Origin: an uncultured Bacillales bacterium
Lineage (GTDB): Bacteria > Bacillota_I > Bacilli_A > Izemoplasmatales > Hujiaoplasmataceae
Length of the DNA stretch: 64,000 bases
Direction: 5' to 3'
Assembly (NCBI GenBank): GCA_942493185.1
Contig: OW818673.1
Location: 1,823,517-1,887,516, forward strand
In this document: one piece after another, positions 18,331-27,980 of the stretch
Layout of the letters: the number at the start of each line of letters is the position of its first letter
How positions within the stretch are numbered: position 1 is the stretch's first letter
Translations under genes and position numbers: made by a program
Notes under the pieces: model-generated
Told to the model about the DNA's origin: nothing
Seen by the model: only the letters and a program-made list of their open reading frames with translations
Database searches by the model: none

Positions 18331-20277
18331 ATGACAAGACATTATAAGCGATTATGGAGGGTCCTTCTCACAAGCATTCTGTGCTTATTTTTCGCTTTGC
18401 CTGTCGTTTCAGCCGAACCAGCGGATAAAACAATATTATTGGTAGAAAGAACGAATCTTAATACGGTTATTTCTAATGAGATTATCTATACAGCGGAATC
18501 ATATCTAGCGTTTGAAACGGACTTAACCGCCATCGGCGGATTAGCGGCGATTGATGCGACTATTGCTAATGTCGACGCCCTTCAAGTCGATGTTGATGCC
18601 ATGGTTGGTCAAATCCAAAGCTTGATTGCCAATCTTGTCACAAGACAAGCGCATTTGAACAGTTATGACGATTTAAGCACCGCCTATGTACAAGACTTTT
18701 CCATTTACACGCTTCGGTCAAAAGATTTGTTTATTGACGAACTTGATCGAATTCAATTAATATTAAACAATCCTCGCGCCGGAAACACCGCGATTATAGC
18801 GCTTATTGATGAAATAGAACAAGCCCATGCTATCCTGCGTTTATTAGCGAACCGAACCACTCTTGTGGAAAAACTTAATGAAGCAAATGCCATTGCATTA
18901 TCGGATGGATTATTATATACCCCTGTTTCCTTTGATGCTTTTATTGAAGCCCATGCATTAATATCGACGGAGGTTATCGCATTATATGGAATGACCGCCG
19001 AAGCCATTGCTGGATATTCTGATGCAAGCATTGATGAAGCTGAAGCCGCCCTTAATGTTATCAATTCGGCGTTATCACTTCTAAACTTACGTCCTGATAA
19101 AATTCCATTAACAAACGATTATAATGAGGCTATCGCCCATGATTTATCAGTATATACACCCAATTCAGCGGCCTTATTTACCGCAGGGCTCTCCTCAATT
19201 TTATCGGTTATCGATGACCCTAATGCATTAGATCAAGATGTTGCTCAAGCAACGATAGACTTAAATGAACTCTATGATTTATTGGTAATTTTAGCCGATA
19301 AAACCGATTTAGAAGCAACCAATGTTTTATCCCTCTTGGCTTATTATGAAGAAAGAGTACTCTATACCACCTCGTCATATGCCTTGTTTAAAGCCGCGGT
19401 TCTGGATTATGGCACATATCTTTATGTTAACTCGGTGATTGCGGATCCAAATGTCTCTCAAGCTGAGGTGGATTTATTAACTCAAACCATCCTTTCGGCT
19501 CTATCACTGCTTGAAAACGTTGCGGATACCACAGCATTACAAGCGCAATATATTCGGTTATCTTCATTGGATTTATTGCACTCCACGCCAGCGTCAGTCA
19601 CTTTGTTTGAAGCGGAACTGAACCGCATTCTTTTAATTCTCTTAAGCAAAAATACCAATCAAGCCCTTGCGGACCAAACCGTTATCGATGCTATGAATGC
19701 CGATTTGTTACTGGCTCCGCTTGCGGATAAAACCGTTCTTTTAGAAACCATTGAACTGGCATTTACTTATATTCCAACCGACTATACCTTAACCTCATAT
19801 GGAGCGCTTAAGCTATTGCTTGATACCACCGATGCCTTCATAAACGATTTGAATGTCAACCAAACCCAAGTCGATGAATTAAATGAGAAGATAGAAACGG
19901 CCGTTTCAGAATTAAGAACGACGTTGGATCCTATCGTAATAAAAGCAGGTAGCGAGCCAATTGACATCAATAGTTATGTCGTTTTGGGAGATTCGCAGAT
20001 TATCAGCTATCTTTCATCTGATCCGTTAATTGTCACCGTTGATGAAACCGGAAATGTTCTAGGGCATCAATACGGGGAAACAACCATTCGCATTACCCTT
20101 GAAAATGGATTATACGAAGACGTTCCCATCATTGTTAAAGCAAAAATCATGACATCAACCTTTGTCTTGGTTGTGACCCTTCCGGTGGTTTCAGCGGGAA
20201 TTGCCATCGCTTTTCTAAATACAAAATATAAGCCTTTAAAAATTGCCAGAAACCTTAAAAAAACAAAACAACTTTAA
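18331..20277 (+). CDS. Surface protein: signal peptide, about 7 FIVAR-like helical repeats, Ig-like (Big_2-like) domain, C-terminal TM anchor
   Basis: 648 aa. N-terminal signal ...PVVSA/EP. The motif Y-T-x-x-S-x-x-x-F recurs about every 70 aa (7 times). The segment SSDPLIVTVDETGNVLGHQYGETTIRITL looks Big_2-like. A hydrophobic C-terminal helix is followed by basic residues. Confidence 0.7.
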   Translation: MTRHYKRLWRVLLTSILCLFFALPVVSAEPADKTILLVERTNLNTVISNEIIYTAESYLAFETDLTAIGGLAAIDATIANVDALQVDVDAMVGQIQSLIANLVTRQAHLNSYDDLSTAYVQDFSIYTLRSKDLFIDELDRIQLILNNPRAGNTAIIALIDEIEQAHAILRLLANRTTLVEKLNEANAIALSDGLLYTPVSFDAFIEAHALISTEVIALYGMTAEAIAGYSDASIDEAEAALNVINSALSLLNLRPDKIPLTNDYNEAIAHDLSVYTPNSAALFTAGLSSILSVIDDPNALDQDVAQATIDLNELYDLLVILADKTDLEATNVLSLLAYYEERVLYTTSSYALFKAAVLDYGTYLYVNSVIADPNVSQAEVDLLTQTILSALSLLENVADTTALQAQYIRLSSLDLLHSTPASVTLFEAELNRILLILLSKNTNQALADQTVIDAMNADLLLAPLADKTVLLETIELAFTYIPTDYTLTSYGALKLLLDTTDAFINDLNVNQTQVDELNEKIETAVSELRTTLDPIVIKAGSEPIDINSYVVLGDSQIISYLSSDPLIVTVDETGNVLGHQYGETTIRITLENGLYEDVPIIVKAKIMTSTFVLVVTLPVVSAGIAIAFLNTKYKPLKIARNLKKTKQL

Positions 20278-20309
20278 CGAAACACAAATATCATATAGGA
20301 GGTGAAAAT

Positions 20310-20582
20310 ATGTCTCAACAAAGAAGACTTTACCGTGACACAGACAATCAAAAATTATTCGGAGTTTGTTCCGGTTTGGCAGAGTACCTTCAAGCCGATG
20401 TGACACTCGTACGGGTCGTTTGGCTAATATTGGTGCTGTGCGCTGGTACCGGTGTTTTAGCTTATCTCATCATGGCCATTGTGATGGAACCCAAAAGTGT
20501 TGTCATGAAGAAATATCCAGCAGACTTCCCAGATTCAAACGTTGTTAACGATGATCCTTTTGCTAAATACGATAAAAAATAA
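20310..20582 (+). CDS. PspC-domain membrane protein
   Basis: 90 aa. LYRDTDNQKLFGVCSGLAEYLQADVTLVRVVW matches the PspC-domain signature and is followed by a TM helix. Confidence 0.75.
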   Translation: MSQQRRLYRDTDNQKLFGVCSGLAEYLQADVTLVRVVWLILVLCAGTGVLAYLIMAIVMEPKSVVMKKYPADFPDSNVVNDDPFAKYDKK

Positions 20583-20603
20583 CGAAATATCATGATTCCT
20601 AAG

Positions 20604-20628
20604 TCGCTTTGAGAAAAGCGATTTTTTT
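20604..20628 (+). terminator. Rho-independent terminator after the pspC-like gene
   Basis: Stem tcgcttt / aaagcga, 4-nt loop, T7 run. Confidence 0.7.
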
Positions 20629-20652
20629 ACATTTTCTTTACATTCTTTTACA
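20626..20652 (+). promoter_or_regulatory. Pho box: three direct TTTACA repeats, candidate PhoP binding site
   Basis: TTTACA at 20626-20631, 20637-20642 and 20647-20652 (spacing 11 and 10 bp), about 75 nt upstream of pstS. This matches the Bacillus-type TT(A/T/C)ACA direct-repeat architecture. Confidence 0.7.
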
Positions 20653-20726
20653 TTCAAACGGTGTTTTGAAAGGCTCAAATCGATTAAAATGTGAGTGTAA
20701 ATCAATAACTCAAAGGAGAAAATGAG

Positions 20727-21677
20727 ATGAAAAAAGTAGCATTAGCCATCATGGCTGTATTAATGGGAATAACCCTTATCGCTTGTCAAAGCGCAACCAC
20801 AACGTCGGTAGAACCAACCTTCGATACCGAAAGCTCCATCAATGTTTATACCAGAGACACCACATCTGGAACTAGAACCGGATTTATGGAAGGCATCGGA
20901 TTCGCCGCAGCCGCTACCAGTGATTCTGTTTTAGTTGAAGGATTCTTAATTAAAGACAACACCGGCATTCTTAGTACCCTCGCCATTGACGAATACGGAA
21001 TCGGTTATGTCTCGCTTTCAAGTGTCAATAACACCGTTAAAGGTCTAAGTTATAACGGCGTCGCTCCTACAGAAGCCAATGTTATTAACAATACCTACGG
21101 ATTAAAAAGACCCTTTATGTGGATGGTTCGTGCCGAGGGCGATTATCCCAGCACCGAAGTTGAAGCCATCGTTAACGCCTTCATCGCTTTCTTAGGAACA
21201 ACAGATGGCGGCGATATCATCAGTAATGCCGGCGCCATTGCCTTACCAAGTTCTACAACCTGGGACTCAATCAAAGCAGATTATGATGTTTGTACCCAAA
21301 ACAACGCCGCAATCACCGTTCGTTTCGGTGGATCTGATTCCATTCAAAAAGTCGCTCAAGCATTAACTGCAGCGTTCGTTCCCAAATGTGGCAACTTCGT
21401 CGCAGAACATGACCACACCGGTTCAAGCGATGCATACAAACGCACCAATGATCCCGCTATTAAAGATACATCCGTTGGTAAAGACGTCGGTTTCGCTTCC
21501 CGATTCTTCCGTGACGCTGAGCTCACTGTTTCTGAAACATTGAGAGGTCAACTCGCTTGGGATGCCATCGTTGCCATCGTCCATGTGAACAACCCACTTG
21601 CCAATGTTACCGCAGCTGACTTAAAAGCCATCTACGACGGAACCTTCCGCAACTGGTCAGACCTCATCGAAGAATAA
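20727..21677 (+). CDS. pstS: Phosphate ABC transporter substrate-binding lipoprotein
   Basis: 316 aa. Lipobox LIAC followed by a Thr-rich linker. SGTR and GYVS-type PstS motifs. It is the first gene of the pst operon. Confidence 0.9.
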   Translation: MKKVALAIMAVLMGITLIACQSATTTSVEPTFDTESSINVYTRDTTSGTRTGFMEGIGFAAAATSDSVLVEGFLIKDNTGILSTLAIDEYGIGYVSLSSVNNTVKGLSYNGVAPTEANVINNTYGLKRPFMWMVRAEGDYPSTEVEAIVNAFIAFLGTTDGGDIISNAGAIALPSSTTWDSIKADYDVCTQNNAAITVRFGGSDSIQKVAQALTAAFVPKCGNFVAEHDHTGSSDAYKRTNDPAIKDTSVGKDVGFASRFFRDAELTVSETLRGQLAWDAIVAIVHVNNPLANVTAADLKAIYDGTFRNWSDLIEE

Positions 21678-21693
21678 GATACCCACTGTTACC

Positions 21694-21716
21694 AAAGACC
21701 CGGTTGGGTCTTTTTC
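21694..21716 (+). terminator. Intra-operon hairpin/attenuator after pstS
   Basis: Stem aaagaccc / gggtcttt with a short T-run. This would fit higher expression of the binding protein than of the permeases. Confidence 0.5.
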
Positions 21717-21736
21717 CATGAAAATGAGGTGAAGAC

Positions 21737-22699
21737 ATGACGACAAACTTTCAAAAAGTTAAAATAAGAAACACCGCAAGGGGAAGAATAACCGATCAAA
21801 TCGCAAAAACCATTTTTATGTCCACAGCGATTTTATCGGCTTCCTTTATTTTCTTGATTGCGGGCATTGTATTGATTCGCGGAATCATTCCTTTTACAAC
21901 CGATAACTTAGGAGTTGGACGCGTTAGTCTCTTACGTTTCTTGACCAATGACATCTGGTTGGTGGGAGAAACTTTCGCTTCTAACTTGTATGGCGTAGGG
22001 TTTATCATCATATCAACGTTGTTTATTACCCTGCTTTCATTGTTAATCTCTTTTCCTGTGGGGGTATTAACAGCACTATTTATCGCAAAAATCGCTCCTA
22101 AACCGCTCGCAAAAATATTAAGAACGGTTGTCGAAACTCTCGCTTCAATCCCTTCTATTGTCTTTGGCCTTTTTGGAGCGGGCGTTATTTTAAAGCTCGT
22201 CTATGATTTTTCAAGTGCGATTGGCTATCAATCAAAAGGTGGTAACTCGATTTTAGCGGTGGTGATGGTACTGGCACTTATGACCATTCCAACCATCACG
22301 ACCATCTCAGAAGTTGCGATCCGTTCCGTCGATAAAGCGATTGAACAAGGGTCGTTGGCCCTTGGCGCAAGTAAAACTCAAACCAATTTTAAAGTCGTTT
22401 TATCTTCCGCAAAATCCGGAATTTTCACCGCTGCTATTTTAGGGATAGGCCGTTCTTTGGGTGAAGCTACTGCGGTTTCGTTGGTGGCGGGAGGACGCCG
22501 TGCGGGAATATCATTTGACATTCTCGACACGACAAGTACCCTTACAACCATCATGCTTGAAGGACTAAAAGAAACCACCGGCATTGATTATGACATTCGC
22601 TTTTCCGTGGGATTGGTGCTAATGGTTGTCATCCTATTAACCAATCTCATCCTCAACGCCATCAAGCGGAAGGTGGGTGTCGTTAATGTCAAAGAATAA
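21737..22699 (+). CDS. pstC: Phosphate ABC transporter permease PstC
   Basis: 320 aa, polytopic, with an EAA-like loop [17 protein letters not shown]. Confidence 0.92.
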   Translation: MTTNFQKVKIRNTARGRITDQIAKTIFMSTAILSASFIFLIAGIVLIRGIIPFTTDNLGVGRVSLLRFLTNDIWLVGETFASNLYGVGFIIISTLFITLLSLLISFPVGVLTALFIAKIAPKPLAKILRTVVETLASIPSIVFGLFGAGVILKLVYDFSSAIGYQSKGGNSILAVVMVLALMTIPTITTISEVAIRSVDKAIEQGSLALGASKTQTNFKVVLSSAKSGIFTAAILGIGRSLGEATAVSLVAGGRRAGISFDILDTTSTLTTIMLEGLKETTGIDYDIRFSVGLVLMVVILLTNLILNAIKRKVGVVNVKE

Positions 22700-23903
22700 A
22701 GTGCGTAAACTAAAAGATCTTCTCTTAAATATTGTCACTTACTTGTCTTCAGCTGTGAGTTTGGTGACGTTGTTAGCGATCGTGATTTTCGTCTTTGGAA
22801 AAGGATACAAGCTATTAAATATCAACTTAGTCGTCGAAAATTTTGAATCTCAAGGGTATGTTGCGGATTTATACGATACAGGGCTTTATTGTGGCTGTAG
22901 TCCCACCGTTACGTTGTCTGAAGAGGCATTTTACTCACAAAAGTGGGGAATCGCCTTAACCGACACCACCGACTTGTTGGGAAAAACCGTTGTCATGGTG
23001 GAATATGTCCATCCTGATAGTCCCTTTAAAACGGTTCGAGACAAAGGAATCAGTGGCGAACCGATTCCAATGCGAACCGATTATGATATTATCCGTATTG
23101 CTTTTGACGATTATCCAACCGCCTTATCTCGTTATGGATCTGAGGCGATGATTTCAGCCCTTGAAGCCAATGACTCCATTCGCGAAATCGAGTTTGAAAC
23201 ACAAGGGGGCGGTATCAGAGGATCCATCATCACCACGCTCATCTTAATTGTTCTAACATTAGTTTTGGCATTACCAATTGGAATTGGGGCCGCCATTTAT
23301 TTAAATGAATATGCTTCTCCCAATAAGATTACCAGAACCCTTCGCTCATTAATTGAAACATTAACTGGGGTTCCATCCATCATCTATGGTTTAATGGGAT
23401 TAGCCATCTTTGTCCCAATCACCGTTAAACTCACCGGTGCAACGGGGGGAAACTTGATTTCAGGAGCGATGACCTTAGCGGTTATCTTAATGCCTATTAT
23501 CATTAGAACCACTGAAGAAAGTTTAAAAGTAGTACCCGATGATTACCGACAAGCGTCCTTGGCCCTTGGGGCGAGCAAGACACAAACGACCTTCCAAGTA
23601 GTGCTTCCTAGTGCCATCCCAGGAATATTAACCTCAGTATTATTGGCGATAGGTAGAATCATTGGTGAGTCGGCAGCGTTGGTTTTCGCAATAGGAACGA
23701 CCATCAAAGATGATGTTTCACTGACTGGAAAATCAACCTCCTTAGCCGTACATATTTGGTCAATGATGACCGACGAACCGGCCAACATTGAATTATCCGC
23801 AACCATCGCCATCATCATTATGATCATTGTTGTTTTACTCAATATTTTTATCAAAATAATTTCTGCACGTTATATGCAAAGAAAACTGGGGGTGAGCTCA
23901 TGA
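22686..23903 (+). CDS. pstA: Phosphate ABC transporter permease PstA (long form with an extracytoplasmic insertion)
   Basis: EAA loop [19 protein letters not shown] prefer the ATG at 22686 (RBS ggaaggtggg) over the GTG at 22677. About 130 non-hydrophobic residues lie between TM1 and TM2. Confidence 0.9.
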   Translation: MSKNKVRKLKDLLLNIVTYLSSAVSLVTLLAIVIFVFGKGYKLLNINLVVENFESQGYVADLYDTGLYCGCSPTVTLSEEAFYSQKWGIALTDTTDLLGKTVVMVEYVHPDSPFKTVRDKGISGEPIPMRTDYDIIRIAFDDYPTALSRYGSEAMISALEANDSIREIEFETQGGGIRGSIITTLILIVLTLVLALPIGIGAAIYLNEYASPNKITRTLRSLIETLTGVPSIIYGLMGLAIFVPITVKLTGATGGNLISGAMTLAVILMPIIIRTTEESLKVVPDDYRQASLALGASKTQTTFQVVLPSAIPGILTSVLLAIGRIIGESAALVFAIGTTIKDDVSLTGKSTSLAVHIWSMMTDEPANIELSATIAIIIMIIVVLLNIFIKIISARYMQRKLGVSS

Positions 23904-24667
23904 CCAATCAACTACAAAATGCTTTTGAAATCAACCAACTAAATTTATTTTATGGGACGAAACAAGCGTTGAAAGAAATCAACCTCAACATTGTGAAAAA
24001 CCAAGTGACAGCTTTAATCGGTCCGTCCGGATGTGGTAAATCAACCTTTCTTAGAACATTAAACCGGATGAATGACTTAATCCCCAATTGTAAAGTAGAA
24101 GGATCCATTCGTTATCATAACGATGATTTATATGCTCAATCGTTTGATGTCATTGAATTAAGACGGAAAGTCGGAATGGTTTTCCAAAAACCAAACCCCT
24201 TTCCAATGAGTATTTTTGAAAACGTTGCATATGGATTACGTTGCCAAGGAATAAAAGATAAAGCGATTCTCCAACTAGCCGTCAAGCAAGCCTTAATTGA
24301 TGCGGCCCTCTACGAAGAAGTCAAAGACCGCCTAAAAGAAAGTGCTCTCAGCTTATCGGGTGGTCAGCAACAAAGACTTTGTATCGCAAGAGCCATTGCG
24401 ATGGCACCAGAAGTGATTTTAATGGATGAACCGACCAGTGCCTTAGACCCCATCGCCACCGCAAAAATTGAAGAACTTATCAACGAACTAAAAAAAGACT
24501 ATACAATTATCATCGTCACGCATAATATGCAACAAGCATTACGCATATCGGATTACACCGCTTTCTTCTTAATGGGAGAGATTATGGAGTATGGGGAAAC
24601 CAATCAAATCTTTAGTCATCCTAAAAAAGCCAAAACCGAAGACTATATTACCGGTCGGTTCGGATAA
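23900..24667 (+). CDS. pstB: Phosphate ABC transporter ATP-binding protein
   Basis: 255 aa with Walker [10 protein letters not shown], signature LSGGQQQR and Walker B ILMDEP. It has a 4-nt overlap with pstA. Confidence 0.97.
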   Translation: MTNQLQNAFEINQLNLFYGTKQALKEINLNIVKNQVTALIGPSGCGKSTFLRTLNRMNDLIPNCKVEGSIRYHNDDLYAQSFDVIELRRKVGMVFQKPNPFPMSIFENVAYGLRCQGIKDKAILQLAVKQALIDAALYEEVKDRLKESALSLSGGQQQRLCIARAIAMAPEVILMDEPTSALDPIATAKIEELINELKKDYTIIIVTHNMQQALRISDYTAFFLMGEIMEYGETNQIFSHPKKAKTEDYITGRFG

Positions 24668-24715
24668 AATTGAAAAGTAACGCATAAAAATGTATAATGA
24701 AAGTTGGAGGATTTT

Positions 24716-25378
24716 ATGACCTATCGTGCACAATTTGAACATGAACTAGAAAATTTAAAGTTAGAACTCATTAAAATGGGAGATGCCGTCATTAGCAACA
24801 TCAAAGACGGGTTAAAATCGTTCTTGACAATGGATACTGCTTTGGCAGAATCCACGATTAAAAAAGATCGATTAGTCAATGATTATGAAAAACAGATTGA
24901 AAAGCAATGCCTCCAAATTATCTTAAAAGAACAACCTGTTGCGAAAGATCTTCGGTTAATCACCGCCATCCTAAAGATGATAACTGATCTTGAGCGGATT
25001 GGCGATCACGCTGCGGATATTTCCAAAATGACGATTTTTATGCAAGGAACACCCAAACCCTTTGTGATTATTCAAATGCGATTGATGACAGAAGCGAGTC
25101 AAAAAATGATTAAAAAAGCCTTAGACTCGTTTGTGAATAGCGATTTGGTCTTAGCACAAAACGTCATTGACGACGATGATGAAGTCGACCAATATTTTGA
25201 AGAGGTCAAAAAAATTGTCGCAAATGCCATTAGAAACAACGAAATTGACGCAGATTACGCTTTATACATGATGATGGTTGCTAAATACTTAGAACGGATT
25301 AGTGACCACGCTGTGAACATTGGCGAATGGGTCATCTTCTCAATATTAGGAGAACATAAACACGACGTCATATTTTAG
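24716..25378 (+). CDS. phoU: Phosphate signalling regulator PhoU
   Basis: Two PhoU repeats with ERIGDHA / ERISDHA motifs. The ATG at 24716 is preceded by a ggagg RBS; the ORF-track TTG at 24704 lies inside that RBS. Confidence 0.93.
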   Translation: MTYRAQFEHELENLKLELIKMGDAVISNIKDGLKSFLTMDTALAESTIKKDRLVNDYEKQIEKQCLQIILKEQPVAKDLRLITAILKMITDLERIGDHAADISKMTIFMQGTPKPFVIIQMRLMTEASQKMIKKALDSFVNSDLVLAQNVIDDDDEVDQYFEEVKKIVANAIRNNEIDADYALYMMMVAKYLERISDHAVNIGEWVIFSILGEHKHDVIF

Positions 25379-25389
25379 GGGTATCAAGT

Positions 25390-26076
25390 ATGAATCCACT
25401 CATCTATTCAGTTGAAGACGATATCAACATTTCCCACGTTATTAACATCGCTTTAACCAACTCCGGGTATCAGGTTCATTCGTTCACCGAAGGAAAGTCG
25501 ATGTTTTCAGCTTTAGAAAGCAATCGTCCCGCTCTCATATTATTAGATATTATGTTGCCGGAAATGGATGGTATCGAAATCCTTAAACGATTAAAAAGCG
25601 GATCAAAATATCAAGAAATTCCTGTGATGATTGTTTCTGCCAAATCGACCGAACTTGATAAGGTGATTGGACTAGATACCGGCGCCGATGATTATCTATT
25701 AAAACCGTTTGGGGTTTTAGAACTCATCAGCCGCGTTAAAGCATTATTAAGACGGTCCAACAAAGAAGAAACTGGGCTGTTGTTAGAATCGAATGGACTT
25801 TTACTAAACATTGAAGAACATAGTTGTTTCTATCATAACGAGCAGATTCCGTTGACGTCAAAGGAATTTTCACTCTTAAAAATTCTTATCCAAAACAAGA
25901 ACAAAACCTTGACTCGTGAAACGATTTTCACCACCGTTTGGGGTTTTGATTTTGTTGGGGAAACAAGAACGCTTGACGTACATATGAAGGAAGTGAGGTC
26001 AAAGCTGGCAAAAGCCGGAGTGGATCCTGATTTGATCCAAACGGTTAGAGGTGTCGGCTATAAGTGGATTGAATGA
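25390..26076 (+). CDS. phoP: OmpR-family response regulator (PhoP/PhoB-like)
   Basis: 228 aa. Receiver domain (LLDIMLPEMDG, phospho-acceptor Asp) plus a winged-helix C-terminus (RGVGYKW). Confidence 0.9.
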   Translation: MNPLIYSVEDDINISHVINIALTNSGYQVHSFTEGKSMFSALESNRPALILLDIMLPEMDGIEILKRLKSGSKYQEIPVMIVSAKSTELDKVIGLDTGADDYLLKPFGVLELISRVKALLRRSNKEETGLLLESNGLLLNIEEHSCFYHNEQIPLTSKEFSLLKILIQNKNKTLTRETIFTTVWGFDFVGETRTLDVHMKEVRSKLAKAGVDPDLIQTVRGVGYKWIE

Positions 26077-27773
26077 AACGTAAAATTAGTCTGCAGTACT
26101 CCCTCATTGTTATAATCGCAATCATCGCCTTTTCAGTTGGTGCAACGTTGATTGCCAGAAACAATATTAACCGTGTTACTGAACACCATTTAGAGTATTA
26201 TTTATCCATCATTGAAAACGATTATAGTTCCTTTGATAACGGAACTGTGCTTGTTCAAAAATATAGTACGGTGATTCAGGATGTTCGAATAACCATTCTC
26301 AATCCAGAAGGAATGGTAGTGGCTGATACCAATATCACACCAGATGACAACCATTTAACCCGTCCGGAATTCGTCGATTTGGGAACGCCTTATATTCGTT
26401 ACTCTGAAACGTTAGACAAAAAGATGATGTACTTGGCTGAAGAAATGCCAGACGGAGGATATCTCCGTGTTGCCATTTCGATTAGCAGTATCCTTCCTTT
26501 TTTAAATGATTTCATTTTATTTGCGATTTTCATTGGCACGCTCATCATTATTTTAGCGGTATTTTTAATCACGTTAACCACCAATAAGGCGTTAGCTCCC
26601 CTTAAAGAAACTGTGCAATCGTTAAATGCGGTCGCTCAAGGAGAGTATATTGAAAAATTACCGTTGGAACAATCTGAAGAAATGAATTCAATTATCAATG
26701 ACATCAACGACATCAGTCGCATGATATCGAGTAATATCAATCTTTTGAACATCGAAAAAAGAAAACTAGAGTTCATATTAAATCGAATGGACCAAGGGTT
26801 GTGTGTTCTTGACTCGGAACAAAACGTTATCATGGTCAATCAATTTGTCGAAGGATTGTTTCAGTATCGCACAGAACTCAACCTAAATAAGGCGTATCTA
26901 TATTTGTTCCGCAACCCGGTCATTCAAAAAATCATCGAAGATTTAAGGTCGGGCGAAGAAAATCTGGTATCATTCTTCTCTGAAAATGATCGATTCTATT
27001 CCGTTTCCGCAAACAAGATGATTGCGAGCTGGGAAAAGAAGGAAATGACCCTTTTGATTTTTAATGATATTACGGCGATGAAACAACTTGAAACGTTAAA
27101 ACGTGATTTTTTCATCAACGCATCGCATGAATTAAAATCCCCTTTAACCTCCATCATCGGTTCATCAGAGTTAATCTCTTCGAAGATTGTCCAAAATCCC
27201 GATGAAATCACCGATTTGGCCAGTCGGATTTTACAAGAAGCAAACCGAATGAATAACCTCGTTATCGATATGTTAAATCTATCAAAATATGAGAACAATT
27301 TACTTTCAAGAGCGGACGTTGAGGTGGACTTATCCTTGATTGTTCAAGATGTTTTTAAGAGCCTTGAACCCTTGGCCCAATCAAAGCATATTGAATTAAT
27401 CTCTTATTTAGAGCCTGTCATTTTCCGTGCCGATTATGAACATATGACACAATTGGTTCGCAACTTAACAGACAACGCCATTCAATATGGGGTTGAAAAT
27501 GGACATGTGACGGTCAAACTTTATACCTTAGGGGATAAAATTCGTTTAGAAGTCATTGATGATGGCATTGGTATTCCCAAAGCGGATCAAAGTCGGGTCT
27601 TCGAGCGTTTTTATCGGGTTGACAAAGCGCGAAGCAAAAAAACCGGAGGAACCGGGTTGGGATTATCCATCGTCAAACATATTTGTGCGATGTATCATGC
27701 TCAAATCGCCTTAGAAAGCGAATTGAATAAAGGCACAACCATCACCATCACCCTTCCCACTCAAAACGAATAA
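26073..27773 (+). CDS. phoR: Sensor histidine kinase (PhoR-like)
   Basis: 566 aa with two TM segments, H-box FINASHELKSPLT, N box DNAIQYG and G boxes DDGIGI / GGTGLGLS. It has a 4-nt overlap with phoP. Confidence 0.9.
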   Translation: MKRKISLQYSLIVIIAIIAFSVGATLIARNNINRVTEHHLEYYLSIIENDYSSFDNGTVLVQKYSTVIQDVRITILNPEGMVVADTNITPDDNHLTRPEFVDLGTPYIRYSETLDKKMMYLAEEMPDGGYLRVAISISSILPFLNDFILFAIFIGTLIIILAVFLITLTTNKALAPLKETVQSLNAVAQGEYIEKLPLEQSEEMNSIINDINDISRMISSNINLLNIEKRKLEFILNRMDQGLCVLDSEQNVIMVNQFVEGLFQYRTELNLNKAYLYLFRNPVIQKIIEDLRSGEENLVSFFSENDRFYSVSANKMIASWEKKEMTLLIFNDITAMKQLETLKRDFFINASHELKSPLTSIIGSSELISSKIVQNPDEITDLASRILQEANRMNNLVIDMLNLSKYENNLLSRADVEVDLSLIVQDVFKSLEPLAQSKHIELISYLEPVIFRADYEHMTQLVRNLTDNAIQYGVENGHVTVKLYTLGDKIRLEVIDDGIGIPKADQSRVFERFYRVDKARSKKTGGTGLGLSIVKHICAMYHAQIALESELNKGTTITITLPTQNE

Positions 27774-27777
27774 CCTT

Positions 27778-27809
27778 GAAGATTGCCAAAAAATGGCAAT
27801 CTTCTTTTT
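27778..27809 (+). terminator. Rho-independent terminator after phoR
   Basis: Perfect 11-bp stem gaagattgcca / tggcaatcttc, 5-nt loop, T-run. Confidence 0.85.
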
Positions 27810-27932
27810 ATAAAAGAAAGATGAAAACCAATCGTCATCATGATTGGCGCGATTCATCATAGAATGAATACTTTCAACACCAGTGAAATGACATTGTTTT
27901 CATAAAAGAAAATGACTGTCAAGACTATAAAA

Positions 27933-27954
27933 ACCGATTCAAAATCGGTATAAT
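27933..27954 (+). promoter_or_regulatory. Promoter -10 (TATAAT 27949-27954) overlapped by the palindrome ACCGATT-n3-AATCGGT
   Basis: Perfect 7-bp inverted repeat at 27933-27939 / 27943-27949, abutting the -10 hexamer of the Y-family polymerase gene. Possible operator. Confidence 0.4.
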
Positions 27955-27980
27955 AGAAGTATAGTCGGGAGGTGATTGAA

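Noticed and set aside
27810-27980. LexA/SOS box upstream of the Y-family polymerase
   Set aside because: No CGAAC-n4-GTTCG-like sequence is present. Only unrelated palindromes occur, and these are reported separately as a low-confidence operator.
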